A stretch of DNA of 64,000 nt from Hypanus sabinus (lineage: Eukaryota), in the NCBI RefSeq assembly GCF_030144855.1, contig NC_082712.1, positions 11,594,001 to 11,658,000 on the forward strand, read 5' to 3'. A model generated the notes under the pieces. The model searched no databases and was not told the DNA's origin. It was given only the letters and a program-made list of their open reading frames with translations. Below are positions 50,743-64,000 of this stretch, one piece after another. Position 1 is the first letter of the stretch, and every line of letters starts with the position of its first letter. A program made the translations under genes and the position numbers.

Positions 50743-53619
50743 ATAAATATATATAAAAGTTCAATTTGATAAGCAGTGCAAAGGTTTTGCTGTTGTCCGG
50801 GTGAGCCAAGGCCACGTGAGAAGCCAGTGAGATTGCATCTACTGTAGACCTGTTGTGGTGACGGGCAAATTGTCATGGGCCCAGGCTCTTCCTGAGGCAG
50901 GAGTGGATTCCAGCCAAGACCAACCTCTCAAGGCATTTCATGGCAGTAGATGTGAGTGCCACTGGGTGATGGTTGTTAAGGCAGCTCGCCCTGCTCTGCC
51001 TGGGCACCGACCGGTCTGATGTTACCCTTTTGAAGCAGGTGGGGCCTCTGACTGCAGCAGTGAGGGGTTGAAGATATCCTTCATCTTTCCCAACAGTTGA
51101 TTGACACAGGCTTTCAGCGATCTTCCAGATACACCAGCAGGGCCTGACAACTACATGATCAGTAATGGATAGTCAGGACTGAGAACAGGCTGTGATCCAT
51201 AGGAGGGTCCAGGCTGGGGGGTTTATATGTGCAATAATGGATACTCAGGAGTGGGCTACACGCTGCGGTTGGTGCTGTAGAGACCGGAGTGGGGGTTACG
51301 TCAGAATCAGAATCAGATTTAATATAGAAACAGTAGAATAGACAACGAGATTGCATCACTGTCGTATGTCATGAAATTTGTTGTTTTGCGGCAGCAGTTC
51401 AAGGCAATGTATAATAATAAAATCTATAAATTGCATATAAAATAAGGAAAGGAAATAAACAAGTTGGGCAAAAAGAGTGGAAAAATACTGAGGAAGAGCT
51501 CATGGATTCATTGACAATTCAGAAATCTGATGGCGGAGGGGAAGTGTGTGTCTTCAGACTCCTGTTCCTCCTCCCTGATGGTGGCAATGAGAAGAGGGCA
51601 TGTCCTGGGTGCTGGGTCCGTAATGATGGATGCCGCCTTTTTGAGGCGTTGCATTTTGAAGGTGTCCTGGGTGCTGGGGACACCAGTGCTCACGATGGAG
51701 CTGACTGAGTTTGTAACTTTCTGCTGGTCTTTCTGATCCTGAGCAGTGGCCCCACCAGACCAGACGGTGATGCAGCCAGTTAGAACGCTCTCCAGGTATA
51801 TCTGTAGAAATTTGCCAGTGTCTCTGGTGACAAACCAGTTCACCTCAGACTCTTATTGAAATATAGAGCGTTACAGGCTGGGGTCAAGTCAGGGTTTCGG
51901 GGGTTTGTCATTGTCGTCTGTTCCCTGGGGCCGATGGCTTTTACAATCCTGCCACTTCATTTTCAGATGGGGAAGTGATTGGAGAATCGGGGGCACCGGT
52001 TACGGAGAGGAGAGCTCTTGGAATTAGCTCGGAGTGACGGAACAGTTGCAGCATTCAGGAGGACATTCAGCCCATTGAGTTCATACTGGCCCTGTGTAAG
52101 AACAACCCAGCCAGTCCCTCTCCCCTCACCACCAGATTCTGGCATCTTTCACCTTCCTTTCCAGTCCTGGTGAAGGATCCCAGGCCAAAATATTGACTGT
52201 TTATTCCCCTCCATAGAAGCTGCCTGAGCTGCTGAGATCCTCCAGCATTTTGTGTGTTACTCACGTTGTGGTCGATCGTGATGTCAGAAGTTCATTTTTA
52301 TTACCTGATAATGGGAAACAGAATGGCTCCGTGAACCTCAGGCACCTGGTGAGCCAGGGAGGGAACAACCGGGATTTCTCAGTAGCAGATGACCATAGAT
52401 TTACTGTATTTAACACGAGAACATAGAACACAGAGCAGTAGAGCACAGGCACAGGCCCTTCGGCCCACAATGTTGTGCTAAACCAATTAAATTAGTGACC
52501 TACTAAACTAACTCCTCTGCCTACACAATGTCCATTTCAATGTCCAATGTCTGTTCATGTGCTGATCAAGATGTCTCTTAAAAGCCACTAATGTATCTGC
52601 CTGTAACACCTCCCCAGGCAGAGCATTCCAGTCACCCGGCACTGTCTGTGTAAAACATTTACCCCTCACATCCCCTCTAAACCCCTTTCACCTTCAACGC
52701 AGGCCTTTGGTGTTAGACATTTCAACCCTGGGAGGAAGATACTCTCTGTCTGCTCTCTCTGTGCCTCTCATAATCTTACAAACTCTATCAAATCTCCCCT
52801 CAGACTCCGTCGCTCCAGAGAAAACATATAGCACATGCCCTCTAATCCAGGCATCATCCTGGTGAACCTCGTCTGTACCCTCTCCAAAGCCTCAACATAC
52901 CTCCTACAGTGGGGTGACCAGAACTGTACACAATACTCCAGATGTGGCCTAGCTAGAGTTTTATAAGGCTGTAACAAAACTTCATGACCTTAGCCTGGGT
53001 GGAGGAGGGGAAAGGACACTGAGAATAAGAATCAAGAGGTTATAGTCATTGAGGGGGGATCTCTTTGCAACCTGATAGGTAACCTGAATATTTATAGGCC
53101 TAGATAGAGTGGATGTGGAGAGGATCTTTCCTATAATCAGTTTGAATATTTATAGGCCGAGATAGAGTGGATGTGGAGAGGATTGTTCCTATAGTCGGTT
53201 CGAATATTGATAGGCCTAGGTAGAATGGATTTGGAGAACATCTTTCCTATAGTCATTTGGTGGAAGAACATCTCAGATTCCATCGGAGGGGGGGGGGGGC
53301 CTCCATCCTGACAGCATCAGCATCGATTTCTCCAAGTTGTGGTAATTTCTCCTCCCTTCTCCCTTCTCTCTGATACGCCCTCCTTTTCTCCTTACCTGCC
53401 TATCACCTCCCTCTGATTCCCCTTCTCCATCCTTTCCTCCCATGGTCTACTCTCCTATCCTATCAGATCCCTTCTTCTTCAGCACTTTACCTTTTCCACC
53501 TATCACCTCCTAGCTTCTTACTTCATTCCACTGCCCTACCCAGACACCCTCTCTCTCACCTGGTCTCTTCTCTCACCACCATCTTGTACTCCATCCCCTC
53601 CCCCCCACCTTTGAATATT

Positions 53620-56600
53620 GTCTTAGAACACAGAACATTGAAATTTACAGAACATTGCAGGTGCTTCGTAGCATAATGTTGTACCAACCATGGAAACCTG
53701 CTCTAAAAATGGCCTAGAATTTCCCCAGCGCATAGTCCTCTATTTTTCTAAGCTCCACGTACCTACCTAAGGGGCTCTTAAAAGACCCTATTGTACACTT
53801 TCATCACCGCCACTGACAGTGCATTCCACGCACTCACCACTCTCTGTATGAAAAACTTACTCCTGACATCACCTCGGTACCTATTTCCAAGCACCTTCAA
53901 ACTATTCCCCCTCATTTTAGCCATTTCAGCCCTGGGAAAAAGCCTCTGGGTATCAACATGATCAATGCCCCTCGTCATCTTATATACCCCTATCAGGTCA
54001 CCTCTCATCCTCCGTCACTCCAAGGAGAAAAGGCCAAGATCACTCAACCTATTCTCATAAGGTATGCTCCCCAATCCAGGCAACATCCTCGTAAATCTCC
54101 TCTTCACACTCTCTATAGTATCCACATTCTTCCTGTAGTGAAGTGACCAGAACTAAGCACAGTACTCCAAGTAGGGTCTGACCAGGGTCTTATATCGTTG
54201 TAACATTACCTCATGGCTCTTGAACTCAATCCGACAACTGATAAATGCCAACACACCATATACCTTCTTAACAACACTGTCAACCTGTGCAGCAGCTTTG
54301 AGTGTCCTATGAACACAGACCCAATGATCTCTTTGATCCTCCACACTGCCAAGACTTACCATTAATACTATATTCTGCCATCATATTTGACCTAGCAAAA
54401 TGAACCACTTCACACTTATCCAGGTTGAAGTCCATATGCCACTTCTCAGCCCAGTTCTGCATCCTATCAATTTCCCACTGTAGCCTCTGACAGCCCTCCA
54501 CACTATCCAAAACACCTCCAATCTTTGTGTCATCAGCAAACTTTCTAACCCATCCTTCTACTTCTTCATCCAGGTCACTTAAAAATTACAAGGAGGACGG
54601 AAACCAGTACAGATCCTGGCGAAACTCCACAGTCCACCGACCTCCATGCAGAACATGGACCATCTACGTCACCCTTTGCCTTCTGTGGTCAAGCCAATTC
54701 TGGATCCACAAATCAAGGTCTCCTTGGATCCCATGCCTCCTTACTTTCCGAAGGAGCCTTGCATGAGGAACCTTATGGAATGCCCAAATGAAATCCATAT
54801 TCACTACATCAGCTGATTTACCTTCATCCATGTGTTTTGTTACATCCTCAGGGACTTCAACCAGGCTCGTAAGGCACGACCTGCCCTTGACAAAGCCATG
54901 CTGATTATCCCTAATCAGATGATGTCTCTCCAAATACTCATAAATCCTGCCTTTCAGGATATTGTCCAGGAAATTGCCCACCACTGAAGTCAGACTCTCT
55001 GGTCCATACTTTCCTGGGTTATCTCTACTCCCTTTCTTGATCATGGGAACAACATTTGTAAACTTCCAATACTCTGGTACTTCTCCCATTCCTATCGATG
55101 ATGCAACGATCATTGCAAGAGGCTCAGCAATCTCCTCCCTCACTTCCCACAGTAGACTGGGGTATATCTCATCCAGTCCCAGTGAACTATCTAACTTTAT
55201 GCTTTTCGAAAGGTCTGGCACATTCTCTCTCCTTGCACACGTTTCCACCATCGCACCTAATGGGTCCTATACTCACACAGCTCATCCTCTTGCTCTTCAC
55301 ATACTTGTAGAATGCTTCCCTTAATCCTGATCACCAAGGCCTTCTCATGGCCCCTTCTGGCTCTCCTAATTCCATTCTTAAGCTCCTTCCTAGCAACCTT
55401 GGAATTTTCTAGAGCTCTAACAGTACCTAGTTTCTTGAACCTTTCGTACGCTTTTCTTTTCTGCTTAACTAGATTTTCCACATCCTTTGTACACCATGGT
55501 TCTTTAACCCTACCAACCTTTCCCTGCCTCAATGGAACATACCTATGCAGAACTCCATGCAAATCTTCCCTGAATATTTGACACATTTTGGCCGTGCATT
55601 TCATTGAGAACATCTCCTCCCAATTTATTCTCCTAAGTTCCTGTTTGTTACGTACCCATAATGGTTTAAATGAACCAGCAGCAATAGACCACGCCTGTAG
55701 TCTAGTTTTGATGTTGAAACCACTATCTTTATTAGTATCTACTTAACATAGCAGCGTAAACAAGAATAATCAAAAGTTAACAGTGTTATGAGTATCCATA
55801 TGTGTAAATATAACTCCCAAACTACTGAGCTCGGGGGGCGGGGGGGCTCCAGGCTTAAAATCGTGAGATGGTGAGGTATGAAAGTTCAGTTCATCCTCAG
55901 ATTAAATGATGTGAGAGAGAGATTTGTAATCCAAGGTGAATGTTGAGAGAGGGCATTTATGTCGTATTCCACAAGTTCCATGGTGGTAAAACAAGATAAC
56001 AATTGCCATAGGATTTATCCATTGTTATTCCAAATCCTTTTACAGATTATCACCAATAGTAGCTTATCACAAGGATAAGGGAACTACAAAGGGAACTATC
56101 ACCCAGGCAAGGGTTAACACATAGGTAGATTCCACAAGATTGCCCCCATTCACACAATGTGACAGCCACTTATCAACGTGCTGGGTCAATGCACAACCCA
56201 CCCTTGTGGGCACTCGGAAGTTCCAACCAGTGACCCCTTAGTCACTGGCTTCCTTCCCTTGTCCGACTCCAACTGCGACTGACTGTGTGTGAGTGAGTGT
56301 CCTTGCTTAAATCAAAACAAGCTGCAGAGTTGAATAGTTCCGCCCCTCTCTCTCTCTTAGTGAGAATCAAACAGGAGCTGAGAAAGCTGGTGGCTGACGT
56401 CACTCAGGCATTCTCTCTTAAAATGACAGTTCACGGCAAGATAGACCTAGGGGTTCATCACACTCCCTAACAGCATCATATTTCCCCCGACCCCAATTAC
56501 GTGTTTTCCCAAATTGTCCGCTCCTATCCCTCTCCAGAGCTATGGTGAAGAAGACAGAGTTGTGCTCATTACCTCCAAAATGTTCTCCCACAGAGAGATC

Positions 56601-57690
56601 TGACACATGACCAGGTTCATTTCCCAATACCAGATCGAGTACAGCCTCTCCTCTCGTTGGCTTATCTACATATTGTGTCAGAAAGCCTTCCTGAACACAC
56701 CTAACAAACTCCACCCCATTAAACCCCTCTCTCTAGGGAGATTCCAGTCAATAGTAGGACAGTTAAAATCACCAATCACAACAACCTTATTATTAGAATA
56801 ATCTGTCTCCCTATCTGCTCCTCGGTATCCATGTTACTATTGCAGGGTCTATAAAAACACCCAGTAGAGTTATTACCCCTTTCTGTTTGTGACCTCCACC
56901 CACACTAACTCCGTAGACCATCCCTCCATGACTTCCTCCTTTTCTGCAGCCATGACACTATCCCTAATTAGCAATGTCATGCCCCCAGCTCTTTTGCCTC
57001 CCTCTCTGTTCTTTTAGAAACCTCTGAAGCCGGGTATAATCAGCAGCCATTCCTATTCCTGAGGCATCCAAGTCTCTGTAATGACCACAACGTCAATGTA
57101 TTGATCCACGCTCTAAGTTAATCGGTCTTGTTTATGATACTCCTTGCATGAAAATAGACACATCTCAAACCAAAAGGCTGAGTGCAACTTCGCTCTAACA
57201 TCTACCCATCCCTCCTCACAAACTCACTACTGTCTCTACTTGTGCTCCAACCTCCCCATCTTCTGCCTTTTCACTTCGGTTCCCACACCACTGCAAATCT
57301 CGTTTAAACCCTCCCCAAAAGCCTTAGCAAACTTCCCCGCAAGGATATTGGTCCCCCTCAGATTCAAGTGCAACCCGTCCTCTTTGTACAGGTCATACCT
57401 GCCCCAGAACAGGTCCCAAGGATCCAAAAATCCTTCAGCCACACATTGATCCTCCATCTCATTCTATTCCTATACTCACTGTCGTGTGGCACAGGCAGCA
57501 ATCCCGAGATTACTATCTTCGAGGTCCTGCTTCCCAGCTCCCTTCCGATCTCCCTCTATTCTGTCTTTAGGACCTCCACCCTTTTTCTGCCTTTGTCGTT
57601 GGTACCAATATGTACCACAACCTCTGGCTGCTCACCCTCCCATTTCAGGATATTGTGGACTGCCCCCGTCCTTTCCAGCCCAAATCGATG
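53620..57690 (-). mobile_element. Long decayed CR1 (ORF1 esterase remnant, ORF2, 3-prime end) interrupted by a solo LTR
   Basis: DGLHLNLRGTNILAG (57236..57457), QEGFLTQYV..ILDLVLGNE-like (56418..56714), and RT pieces 54664..55251, 54153..54510, 53778..54008. Confidence 0.85.
55646..56462 (-). mobile_element. Solo LTR (~817 bp), older insertion
   Basis: tgttacg...catcaca termini, minus-strand aataaa near 55710. CR1 sequence resumes on both sides. Flanks ctgtt/ctccc fit only a decayed TSD. Confidence 0.65.
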
Positions 57691-60019
57691 ACAGTACATT
57701 CCTCTCAGTAGTTGATGCCTGATCTGCTGAATTCCTCCAGCATTTCCTGTGTGTTACTCCACAGGGCACAGCTTCAGCTTAGAGGGACGTACCTTTAGAA
57801 TGGAGATGAGGAGGGATGTCTTTAGCCAGAAGGCATTGAATCTGTGGAATTTATTGCCACAGAAGTTTGTGGAGGCTGTCATTGGGTGTACTTAATGCAG
57901 AGGTTGATAGGTTTTTGACTTCTAAAGGCATCAAAGGTTATATGGAGAAGGCAGGAAAATGGGGTGAAGAAGGATAATAAATCCTAAAATTGCGAGTTGC
58001 TACAGTGGTTACAGTGTACAGTGGTTACAGTTATGCTGTTACAGAACCAGCAACCTGGGTTCAATTCCCACAGTTGCCTGTATGGAATTTGATGAAAGGT
58101 CTTGTCTCAAAACCTCAACAGTTTATTCCCCTCCATAGATTCTGCCTGACCTGCTGTTTCTCCAGCATTTTATGTGGCTCTGAATTTCCAGCATCTGCCA
58201 AATCTTTTCTGTTTGTGCTTTTGCATGGAGCCAGCCTGAGGTCAATGGGCAGAATGGCCTTTTAAAAGGGCTACAACCAGTGCTCAATGCCATCAAGCAG
58301 TAAAACCTCTTGCTTCAATGCACTTCAGTGGAACCTGTGACAGTTTTGCAAACAGCAATCCAATAGAGCACTCAATCAAAATGTCCATTATTGTCAGGTA
58401 GATTATTGAACTTGTAAAGCTTCTGGCAAGCAATAAACAAAAGCTGGAAATCTCGAGCAACAAACACAAAATTCTGGAGGAACTCGGCAAATCAGGCAGC
58501 ACCTATGGAGAGGAATAAACTGTCAACATTTCAAGCTGAGATCCTAATGCAGTTCTTGCATCCTTTACAGATAGGGTAAATGCAAGCAGACTTTTTCCAC
58601 TGAGGATGGGTGGGACTACAAACAGAGGTCACGGGTAGAGGGTGTAAGGTGAAAATTTTAAGAGGAACTCAAAAGGTGGTGAGACCGGAATGACTCTATC
58701 AACAACACGGCTTCATTGGGAGGTTGAGATGGGGGTCAAACTATGACCATGTCCAACAAGACAGAGTTACTTACATACCCAGAGCAGAACTGGCTAATAT
58801 GAGAGGGTCTAATTTTAAGGTGACTGGTGAAAGTATAATGAGTAAGTTTTCGACAGAGAGTGGTGGGTGTGTGGAACATCCTGGTGGTCGTAGAGGCTGA
58901 GACATTAGGGACACTTAGATAGACACACTGATGGAAGAGAAATGGAGGGTTATGTGGGAGGGAAGGGTTAGATTGATCTTGGGGCAGGGTAAAAGATTGG
59001 AGCAACATTGAGAGCTGAAGGGACTGTACTGTGCTGGACCGTCCAGTGTTCTCTGCGTCCTTTTGGTATTCAATAGATGGCCACAAGTGTGAAGCAGAAA
59101 AAAACCATTGTTACTCTGGATCCAATGAGGCACAAAAATACAATAAAATAAAGAGCCAATAATAATAACACAATAAATATAAATACTGTACATATGATAG
59201 TTTCTATACATAGATTGATATATAGATTGACAGATAGACTTTATGTCCATAAAGTGACTCCAGGCTCAGGAGTGTCTGTACTTCAGGTGACTGACAGGAA
59301 ATGATAAAGTTGTTGTTCATATGGAACTTTATGTATATACAATCAATCCACATAAATAAGCTGTCTAATGTACTAATACTTATTGTGTTCTTTAGTATTA
59401 TAAATTATTATATTATTCTTATTCAACTTCAATATAATATCCCAACTCTGTACTCAATATGTCTTCACCAACATCTTGTACAACTACAACATCACACAAC
59501 CCAGGACAACAGTGACCACTTGAGCACCCAGTCAGTACTCCCTCCTTCCACCGCCAGCGCACAGTGGCCGCGGTGTGCGCCGTCTACAACACGCAACGCA
59601 GTTACTCACCCTGCTATTCCAGCAGCCACCACCTCTCCACATCAGGGTATCGGGTGGATGTGAACACCACCACCCGCAGGCTCCCCTCCCAAGTATATTC
59701 ATTTACTGAGACACAATACAGAATAGGCCCCCTCCGGCCTTTTGAGCCGTGATGCCCAACAACCCGAGCCTAATCACGGGACAATTCACAATGATCAGTT
59801 AACCCACCAACCAGTAGATTGTGGGAGAAAACCAGAGCACCTGGAGGAAACCCATGAGGTCACAGTGAGTTCAGAGTTCAGAGTTCAATGTATATATAGA
59901 TTATACAACCTTGTGATTTCTCTCCTTACAGGCAGCCACAGAACAAAGAAACCCAAAAGAACCCATCATTACTACAGTCCTGATTGATTAGTTACCGAAG
60001 CTGGGCCTCAGTACTTCTC

Positions 60020-61010
60020 TCTTCAACTGGATCCTCGAATTCCTAACTGGAATGCCACAATCTGTGCAGATTGCTAATAACATCTCCATCTCACTGACAA
60101 TCAACACTGGTGCACCTCAAGGATGTGTTTTTAGCCACTGTTCTAGTCTCTCTACACCCATGACTGTATGTCTAGGCATAGCTCAAACACCATCTATAAA
60201 TTTGCCGACAATACAATCATTGTTGGTAGATTCTCAGGTAGTGATGAGAGGGCGTACAGGAGTGAGATATGCCGATTAGTGGAGTGGTGTCGCAGTAACA
60301 ACCTTGCACTCAACGTCAGTAAGACCAAAGAGCTGACCGTGGACTTCAGAAGGGTAAGACGAGGGAACACAAACCAATCCTCATCAAGGGATCAGAAGTG
60401 GAGAGAGTGAGCAGCTTCAAATTCCAGGGTGTTTCAAAACATCGGAGGACTGAACCTGGTCCCAACATGTCGATGTAATTACAAAGAAGGTACAACAGCG
60501 GTTATATTTCACCAGGAGTTTGATGAGATTTGGTATGTCACGTAAAAGACTCGCCAATCTCTACAGACGTACGGTGGGGAGCATTCTGACTGGCTGCATC
60601 ACCGCCTGGAATGGGGGGGGGGGCTACAGCATAAGATGGAAGGAATCTGCAGAGAGTTGTAAAAGTAACTGGGCGCCATCATGGGCTCCAGCCTCCATAG
60701 TTTCCAACACATCTTCGAGGAGTGGTGCCTCAGAAAGGCAGCATCCATCATTAAGGACCCCCATCACCCGGGACATGCCCTGTTCTCGTTGCTACCACCA
60801 GGCAGAAGGTACAGGAGCCTGAAGACACACACTCAGCGATTCAGGAACAGCTTCTTCCCTCTGCCATCCGATTTCTGAATGAACAATGAACCCTGAAAAC
60901 TACCTCATTACTTCTTTATTTCTGTTTTGGTGCTATTATTTAACTACTTCATACACATATATACACTTACTGTGATTCAGTTTTTCTCTGTAATTAGGTA
61001 TTGCATCGTA
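60020..61010 (+). mobile_element. Rex1/Babar RT C-terminal fragment with 3-prime UTR
   Basis: [52 protein letters not shown]. Confidence 0.9.
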
Positions 61011-61495
61011 CTGCCGCAACAAAGTCAACAAGTTTCTCAACATATGTCGGTGATATTAAGCTTGATTCTGATTCTGAAGGCCGTCGAATAGCCAATGTGC
61101 AAAGGGGAAAGATCGTGAAAACAATAAAAATAAGCAAATAGCATTGAGAACTGAAGAACGTACAGAGAGCGGCGAGAATTGAACCTGGGTCACAGGGAAT
61201 GTAAAGCATCACGCTAACCACCACACTACAGCTTCGCTCCAAATTCATCACCACCCAGGCTTGGAATTGTGCCCGGCCTTTAACTGGAATCAAACTTGGA
61301 CGTCTCTTCCCAATAGTACTGGGGTTCATCGTCACCAGAAGGCAGTCCAGCCCAGCACTCAGGGAAGGACAGGATCCCAACGCCAACCCTCCACTGGCAG
61401 AACCAACGTCCAAATAGATCGCGCTGCGCCACAAAGTAAAACGAGCCTTTAGGAGAGAGACAACGGGGAGACAGGGGACAATGGAAAACACCTAC

Positions 61496-61556
61496 TGTAT
61501 CCCCGGACTGAGACGGACAACAGGACGGTGCAGAGACAAACCCGGAGAGAGAGCAT
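61496..61556 (-). CDS. Exon 1 (signal peptide) of Siglec-15-like receptor gene: MLSLRVCLCTVLLSVSVRGY
   Basis: ATG at 61556-61554 with purine at -3. 20 codons + 1 nt encode a hydrophobic signal-peptide-like stretch ending in VRG. Phase-1 donor ACA|GTAGGT matches the phase of the downstream Ig exons. Non-repetitive context with ETS motifs upstream. Linkage to the Ig exons is inferred. Confidence 0.7.
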
Positions 61557-61642
61557 TTCCAGCGCTTCAGTGTGGAGTCCTCTCACACTTCAGTTCTTTC
61601 TTCATTCTCTCGCTGAAATACAGAAGCTGCTCGATTTGCTGC

Positions 61643-61701
61643 TTCACTTCCTCAAAAAAACATTCTCAGCCACTGTCGAAGTTAGTAGCTGGCAGGAAGT
61701 C
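61643..61701 (-). promoter_or_regulatory. Candidate myeloid promoter: PU.1/ETS(-IRF-like) motif GAGGAAGTGAA plus a second ETS core CAGGAAGT
   Basis: ttcacttcctc at 61643-61653 (~90 nt upstream of the ATG) and caggaagtc at 61693-61701. Motif match only. Confidence 0.4.
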
Positions 61702-64000
61702 ATTTCAAACACAGTGCACTTTCTCATGACGGCAGTTACAAACTCTTCGCGTTTACTGGAAGCAAATTTTATGCAAGTACGATGCTGTGGAAAGGTCTTA
61801 GGCACTTACATATATATAGCTTGGTGCCAAAGACTTTTGCACAGTCCTGCAGTAATTTGCAAATACCAGATTCTGCAAGTCCAGAGCAACACACACAAAA
61901 TGCTGGAGGCACTCAGCAGGTAGGGCAGGAGGAGAGTGAACAGTCGATGTTTCAAGCTGAGTCCCTTTCGTTGCCATCCTGAAGAAGGGTCTCGGCTCGA
62001 AACGTTGACTCTGGGCTCTTTTCACGAGATCCTGCTTGATCTGCCGACATTAGGGTTAAGGTGAGGGTTGAAGTGTCTAATAACAGAGGGCATTGAAGGT
62101 GAAAGGGGGGTAGGGTCAAGGGGACCATGGGGGGTAAGTTTTTTTACTCAGAGGGTGATGGGTGCCTGGAATGCCCTCCCTGGTAGGATGGTGGAGGCAA
62201 ATACATTGGAGGCTTTTAAGAGACGTTTGGATAGGTGCATGGGTGTGAGGAAGTTGGAGAGAACCAACTAAACCAACTAACTGTTTCTGCTACACCAAGT
62301 CTATATCCCAAACCACAATTCATGCATCAGTCCAAGAGTCTCTTAAACGCCTCTACGGAATCTGTCTCCCCCGCCCCCCCCCCCCCCCAACCCCGGCAGT
62401 GCGTTCTGCACACCCACCACTCTCTCTGTAAAGATAAATTTGTCCCCACACCCTCTTTGAAATTACCCCCTCCCAGCTGAATCACACACCCTCTGGTATC
62501 AGACATTCTTCAGCCAGACAGTCATGATTCTGTGAAATTCATCGCCACAGACGACTGTGGGAAGCCAAGTCACTGCGTATATTTGAAACGGAGTCTGATA
62601 GTTTCTTCATTAGGAAGTGTATCAAAGGTTATGGAGAGAGGACAGGAAAATGGGGTTGAGGGGGAAACTAAATCAGCCATAATGGAATGGTGGAACAGAC
62701 TCGATGGACCGAATGGCCTAATTCTGCTCCTATATCTTGTGACCTTACGGTCCAATTCCTAGAGTGAACAGGGATAAGATACATGGATCTGGCAATTGCA
62801 ATTAGTGGGTGAGGTCAAAGGGAAAGAGACCATAAAGTACTGGACTGGAGGGGGAGAGAACTGACCAGGAGGAAGAGGTCCTGCAGGTAACTGGACACAG
62901 GAAGAGTTAGTGCCCAGGGTTTCACCAAAGGCAGTGTGACCATCATCACGGGGGCACAGAGACTGCAGATGCTGGAAACAAAACACACTGCAGGAACCCC
63001 AGATTCAACATTCAACATTCAAATTGTTTCATATCATTTCCAGTAGACAAGTGTAAAGGAGAATGAAATAGTTGTTACTCAGGGTTCGAAGCAACTCGAA
63101 AAAACGCTGAGATAAAGAACACAATAATACAAAAAATACACAAGCTAAGTATAAACACATAAGATAGTTTCTATACACAGATCAATTGTGTGTCCATAAA
63201 GTGACATGAGGCACAGGAGAGTGTGTACATAAGGTGACTGTCAGGAAATGATGAAGAGGTGGTGGTGGGGGTGTGGAGAGGGGAGGGGTTGATCAGACTT
63301 GCTGCTTGGGCAAAGTAACTGTTTTTGAGTCTGGTGGTCCTGGTGTGGTGCTGATGGGAGTGGGACAAACAGTCCATGAGCGAGAGGGGGGTGGGAGTGA
63401 GATCATTCATGATGTTACCTGGCCTTTATTGGCACCTTTCTGTGTATATATGAACACTGATCGACGGAGGCCTCTCTCATCACTCCCACTGTAAAGTATT
63501 CCCGGAGTGGTTCTGTCTGTAATCGTGTTGGTGGGTGTCCAATGTGGCAGGAATTGAATTTTTGATACGTGCCATATCAAAACAGGTCAGACAGCATCTG
63601 TGGAGACAGGTGGAAAGGTGAGGTTTGGAAGGAGATGGAGAGTTGAGACCCTTCCTGTGAACCGCTCTATCTGTCACATTGTTTCTCGTCCTGCCTGCGG
63701 CAATAATCAGTCCGCTATGCACAGGGAAAGTTTGAATGCTTGAGGACATTCTCCCTGGAGTGTAGGAGAATGGCAGGAGGTTTGATTGATGTATACAACA
63801 TTATACGGACAGTTTAATTATATTATATTATATGGACTGACTTTTTCCACTGAGGTCGGGCTGAGACTGGAGACTGGAGGCCTGGGGTTGGATGACTGTC
63901 CATGTGTGTGGGTGGGTGGGTGTAAGGGAGGAATGGGGCTTGTTTCACTATTGACGTTTGGTTGCTGTTGTGTTCAGTGTTGTTATGGTGGGCATGGTGG

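Noticed and set aside
52303-52400. Possible extra exon ending CAG|GTAATA between leader and V1
   Set aside because: No convincing acceptor or ATG, and the peptide is not recognisable.
57985-58090. tRNA-like A/B-box sequences (also ~18560, 34300, 61170)
   Set aside because: These are decayed SINE heads; no complete cloverleaf can be formed.
1-64000. Prokaryotic RT systems (retron, DGR, group II intron, CRISPR-RT)
   Set aside because: All RT fragments carry eukaryotic CR1, Rex1, L1 or Penelope signatures, and the DNA has spliceosomal exon structure.

Overview
Vertebrate genomic DNA, most likely a cartilaginous fish (ray/shark-type repeat families; inference). Most of the window is decayed retroelements: CR1, Rex1/Babar, L1, Penelope-like elements with hammerhead-ribozyme terminal repeats, Gypsy-type LTRs and V-SINE/tRNA-SINEs. 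The prokaryotic-style ORF track is mostly TE fragments. Hidden among the repeats is a five-exon minus-strand immune receptor gene, reconstructed by hand from splice sites. The exons are signal peptide (61496-61556), Siglec-15-like V-set exon (49010-49394), second V-set exon (40416-40805), Lys-containing TM exon (36473-36575) and cytoplasmic exon (from 34712). Only the Siglec-like V exon is broken (+1 frameshift and Cys->Tyr). Skipping it would leave an intact receptor. A diverged duplicate of the TM+tail module, with an in-frame stop, lies at about 19.4-21.3 kb. No CRISPR, rRNA or bona fide tRNA genes were seen. TE boundaries without TSDs are approximate.
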